DNA of 64,000 nucleotides, taken from the NCBI GenBank assembly GCA_964438425.1, contig CAYTKM010000001.1, forward strand, positions 752,401 through 816,400, given 5' to 3'. The notes beneath the pieces are model-generated. The model made no database searches, had not been told where the DNA came from, and worked only from the letters and a program-made list of their open reading frames with translations. Shown one piece after another: positions 61,071-64,000 of this stretch. The first letter of the stretch is position 1, and each line of letters starts with the position of its first letter. The position numbers and the translations under genes are program-made. The DNA comes from an uncultured Gammaproteobacteria bacterium (GTDB taxonomy: Bacteria; Cyanobacteriota; Vampirovibrionia; LMEP-6097).

Positions 61071-64000
61071 TTATAAAGGCATAACGTTTTCATGCTTTAA
61101 ATCGTCTTGAAGATTAGTTTGAATTGGTAAATATTCAAAGATTTGATTGATTTTCTGATTAACCAAATCGTCAAAATTTGAATCCGAATCTGAAAGAAGG
61201 CTTTCAAGACCATCGTGCTTTTCTTGACTATGGAATTTATATCTATTGTCGTCTAGTACTCCTTTTAGTGGTTTTTTCAAAAATTCAAGGTCTATATAAT
61301 GAATTTTAAAACCCAAATTCTTGCTAACTTTATCATAAGTGTATATAGCTGTAAGTAGTATTCTGAAATTAGCAATAAACAGTACGGCTAAATCTTTTAG
61401 ATTGTAATAATTATTTCTTATATACCAACCTGATGAATTACCTTGATCAGCAAATCTCTCTTTTTCATATAAAATTCCAAAATATTCAGCATAAGCTTTC
61501 AAATAATACTTAACTTGATTATATCCTTGATTTACTACATATTCATTAGGTTGACTTGTTTCAAGCTGAGATGCCTTTTTTTGCAAAGCCTGTAAATGAG
61601 ATTTAATTTCACATACTGTTTCGTGAAATTGATCTGAGTTTTGGTTAGATATTAGTTCTTCTATTCTCTCTATAAATCTATCTACTTTTTGAGTATCGAA
61701 TACATCATGCATAGGTCGCTTACATCTAAAAGCATTATTTAGAGAAGTGAATGACGTACTTTCAAACTCATTAAGCCTATTACCTATTTGGTGGGGGGCA
61801 CTATGAATATCGGGTTCATCAGACATGACAACACCATTTAATAATGTCCATTGCTTAATATCTGGGTCAAGTGTAAAACGAGTCTTAAATTTAGTAAGTT
61901 CATCTTTAAAATCCTTAATATTAGTAGTAGTCCGGAAATCCTCGTCGGTGATGATTCTACGATTTAATAGTTCATCTATATCAGACTTCAAATTATCCAA
62001 ATACTCTCCTGATAAAGTTTGTTGTATGCAAAGCAGTGTTTTAGAAAGTAACCTATTAAACTGTTTTTGTAAAATGTTATACATCACACTTCTATCTTCA
62101 GGTGGATTATTTAAGGATTCATCAGAAGTATTAAGTAGAGTAGTATATTGATTGAAACCAAAATTTGAATTAAAAATAAATTGATCTAAGGTATGAAAGT
62201 ATATCTGAGAAATATTGAATGTGCTGGCATTTTGATTCCAAGACTGTAGTAATTCGTTTCCAAGGTCGTATTCAAGAAAGCCAATTAACAACATATCGTA
62301 AAGTTGCTTTTTTTCTGGCTCATTGTAATTGCTATAAGTGTAATTTAAAATTACGTCTAATTTAGCTAATAGGTTGGAGCCAACTTCAAGCTCCCAATTG
62401 TTGTAGCTAGCTGGTACATGTTCAGGTTTTGTTATATCTTTAACAATATTTTCAGTCGTGTAGGTCTTATATTTATCTGAAAAAAACTTAAAAAAGTTAT
62501 ATAAAATTTTCTTTTCACCAGTAACATTGTAAATCTTTATATCCTTAAGACTAGTGGTGTTAAGAATAGCAATTTTAGCTGGATCACGATAGTAAAAATT
62601 CATACGATTAACTATCTCTAAGTTAGTAGATTTTATTTCTTTATAATTTGGACACAAAACAGTATTAAATTCATCTATTAACTCTAAATCATCTATACGA
62701 TCTTTAAGATTTTTACAAAAACAATGAAGTAATATTTCGACTGGAAAATAAATGTTTTTTTCCTTTAGAGAGATATCTAAAAAATCAAAGCAGATTTTTT
62801 CAAGTATTCTATACGAATTTATGTATTTGGATAATAGCGAAAAAGCTGTAATTAGCTTTTTTTCTTTCATTCGAGAATTATTTTCAAACAGCTGCTTAAC
62901 ATTTTCAAGAACTTCTAGTCTATTTTTTAAACTAAAGTAAGTACTTTCATAAGAAATTAACTTAATCGCTCTTTCTATAACTTTAATAACTAAACTTTCA
63001 CTACTAAATTTTACTTGGATCTCTTTATCAAAAATCTTTTCTAAATATATTGATGCTTGATTATCCATATTTGAATTTGCGTTTAAACTATTTTCAATAG
63101 AGCTATTAATTAGTAATTTATCGTATGCTACGAAAATGTAAGTATTAACGAAATCTAGCCTATTTCTGATTAAACCTAAAATATTACGGATATCTTCCTT
63201 GTCTAGTAGACGATCAATATTATCTATGAAAATAAATATTTGCCTGTTATTTTCGAAGATTTTGTTATTGATGTCTCTAAGATTTTGATTAATATTGTCA
63301 TTAATTAGAAATGAATTAAAGTAACTGATCCATGGGTGCAGGGAAGATATTTGAGCTATATAACGTTGTAGATTTTTATTGATGGTGGGTATCTCGCTAA
63401 TTAGTTTGTCTTCAATCTGATCTAAGAAATTTCGAATTAGAAGATCACTTTTTAGAAGATCACTTTTTGAATCGTATTGCCATAAGTCAAAATCTATAAT
63501 AATAGGGTCTGTGCACGCTAAAAAATTTAAAGCTGGACTGTTAGTCTGACCTTCAATAATACTTTTAATTGCTTGCATGTAACTTGACTTGCCAGTCCCC
63601 CAGCCACCAGTGATACCTGTAATAAAACTGTTTCTGGTTTGCGATGATATTTCTTCTTTTAAAGGAGATTCACTCTTATTATTTATTAAGTTATATATAG
63701 AAGTCACATGCTGGAGAACCTCTATTTTAATAGATTCGTTGTAATTTGAAAAACTATAAAGCTGATTTAGGCTTGTGACTTTAGTGCTTTGAGTTTCATT
63801 TAAATAATTACCTAAGTCTATAAAATTCACATAGTCTTCTTCACTGTTAATAGCATTACTTTGATTTAAACTCTCACGATCATCTAAGTATTCTAGTAGA
63901 ATATCGAGTGCACTTTCAGTTGGTACTTTAGTCGCTTTTATATTGTTTGATAGATAAGTTATAAAACCTATAGGTAATGGCAGGATAAATAAAATTAAAT
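61071..64000 (-). CDS. KAP-family P-loop NTPase, large (>975 aa), partial: N-terminus lies beyond window end
   Basis: KAP Walker A GITGGWGTGKSSY (G-x-W-G-x-GKS) and Walker B-like IFIFIDNIDRLL; no TM insertion in the NTPase domain; ~600-aa C-terminal region without recognisable motifs; manual translation shows the frame stays open upstream of the ORF-track GTG (63828-63830) through position 64000. Confidence 0.8.
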   Translation of the reverse strand, partial: LILFILPLPIGFITYLSNNIKATKVPTESALDILLEYLDDRESLNQSNAINSEEDYVNFIDLGNYLNETQSTKVTSLNQLYSFSNYNESIKIEVLQHVTSIYNLINNKSESPLKEEISSQTRNSFITGITGGWGTGKSSYMQAIKSIIEGQTNSPALNFLACTDPIIIDFDLWQYDSKSDLLKSDLLIRNFLDQIEDKLISEIPTINKNLQRYIAQISSLHPWISYFNSFLINDNINQNLRDINNKIFENNRQIFIFIDNIDRLLDKEDIRNILGLIRNRLDFVNTYIFVAYDKLLINSSIENSLNANSNMDNQASIYLEKIFDKEIQVKFSSESLVIKVIERAIKLISYESTYFSLKNRLEVLENVKQLFENNSRMKEKKLITAFSLLSKYINSYRILEKICFDFLDISLKEKNIYFPVEILLHCFCKNLKDRIDDLELIDEFNTVLCPNYKEIKSTNLEIVNRMNFYYRDPAKIAILNTTSLKDIKIYNVTGEKKILYNFFKFFSDKYKTYTTENIVKDITKPEHVPASYNNWELEVGSNLLAKLDVILNYTYSNYNEPEKKQLYDMLLIGFLEYDLGNELLQSWNQNASTFNISQIYFHTLDQFIFNSNFGFNQYTTLLNTSDESLNNPPEDRSVMYNILQKQFNRLLSKTLLCIQQTLSGEYLDNLKSDIDELLNRRIITDEDFRTTTNIKDFKDELTKFKTRFTLDPDIKQWTLLNGVVMSDEPDIHSAPHQIGNRLNEFESTSFTSLNNAFRCKRPMHDVFDTQKVDRFIERIEELISNQNSDQFHETVCEIKSHLQALQKKASQLETSQPNEYVVNQGYNQVKYYLKAYAEYFGILYEKERFADQGNSSGWYIRNNYYNLKDLAVLFIANFRILLTAIYTYDKVSKNLGFKIHYIDLEFLKKPLKGVLDDNRYKFHSQEKHDGLESLLSDSDSNFDDLVNQKINQIFEYLPIQTNLQDDLKHENVMPL

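Overview
This is a 64-kb chromosomal segment from an AT-rich bacterium, roughly 30 % G+C judged by eye. The system-II cytochrome c biogenesis gene (ResB-like), anmK, ssu/tau-type ABC genes, fliP/fliQ and a lipobox lipoprotein suggest a Gram-negative, possibly host-associated organism. I cannot assign a taxon from the sequence alone.

About 60 protein genes and one tRNA-Ser(UGA) are present. Recognisable housekeeping genes are ubiE, a RluA-family pseudouridine synthase, gdhA, trpA, two SDRs, a ferredoxin, glmU, pabA/trpG, anmK, pyk, purA, rpsT, map, infA, rpmJ, rpsM, rpsK, rpoA, rplQ, a GNAT, a DegT-family aminotransferase, aroA, flavodoxin, an SsuB/SsuC-like ABC pair, atpD, a SirB1/YchA-like protein, tatD, a PhzF-family gene, rpsD, murE, hisF, a D-2-hydroxyacid dehydrogenase, a membrane-anchored HdrED-like Fe-S/CCG oxidoreductase and metH. 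Many of these sit outside their usual operons: trpA, trpG, hisF, murE, atpD and fliPQ are all orphaned.

Interleaved with them are many ORFans that are low-complexity, signal-peptide-bearing or intrinsically disordered.

The most unusual content is as follows.
- A perfect 12 x 21-bp tandem array (60658-60909) lies immediately downstream of a large, partial KAP-family P-loop NTPase gene at the window edge.
- The palindrome GCGCGC is strongly over-represented. I counted about 30 copies by eye where fewer than 2 are expected.
- An adjacent pair encodes a MidA-like SAM methyltransferase and a protein with an HEPN-like Rx4H motif plus a CBS pair.
- An ORFan cluster (12.2-15.5 kb) includes a protein with an HNH-like motif.
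- A C10 homopolymer sits in a terminator-like hairpin.
- The same palindromic motif, TTTAGAAAA(n)TTCTAAA, recurs in two intergenic regions.
- Low-complexity insertions interrupt MetH and the DegT aminotransferase.

No rRNA, CRISPR array, transposase or integrase was seen.
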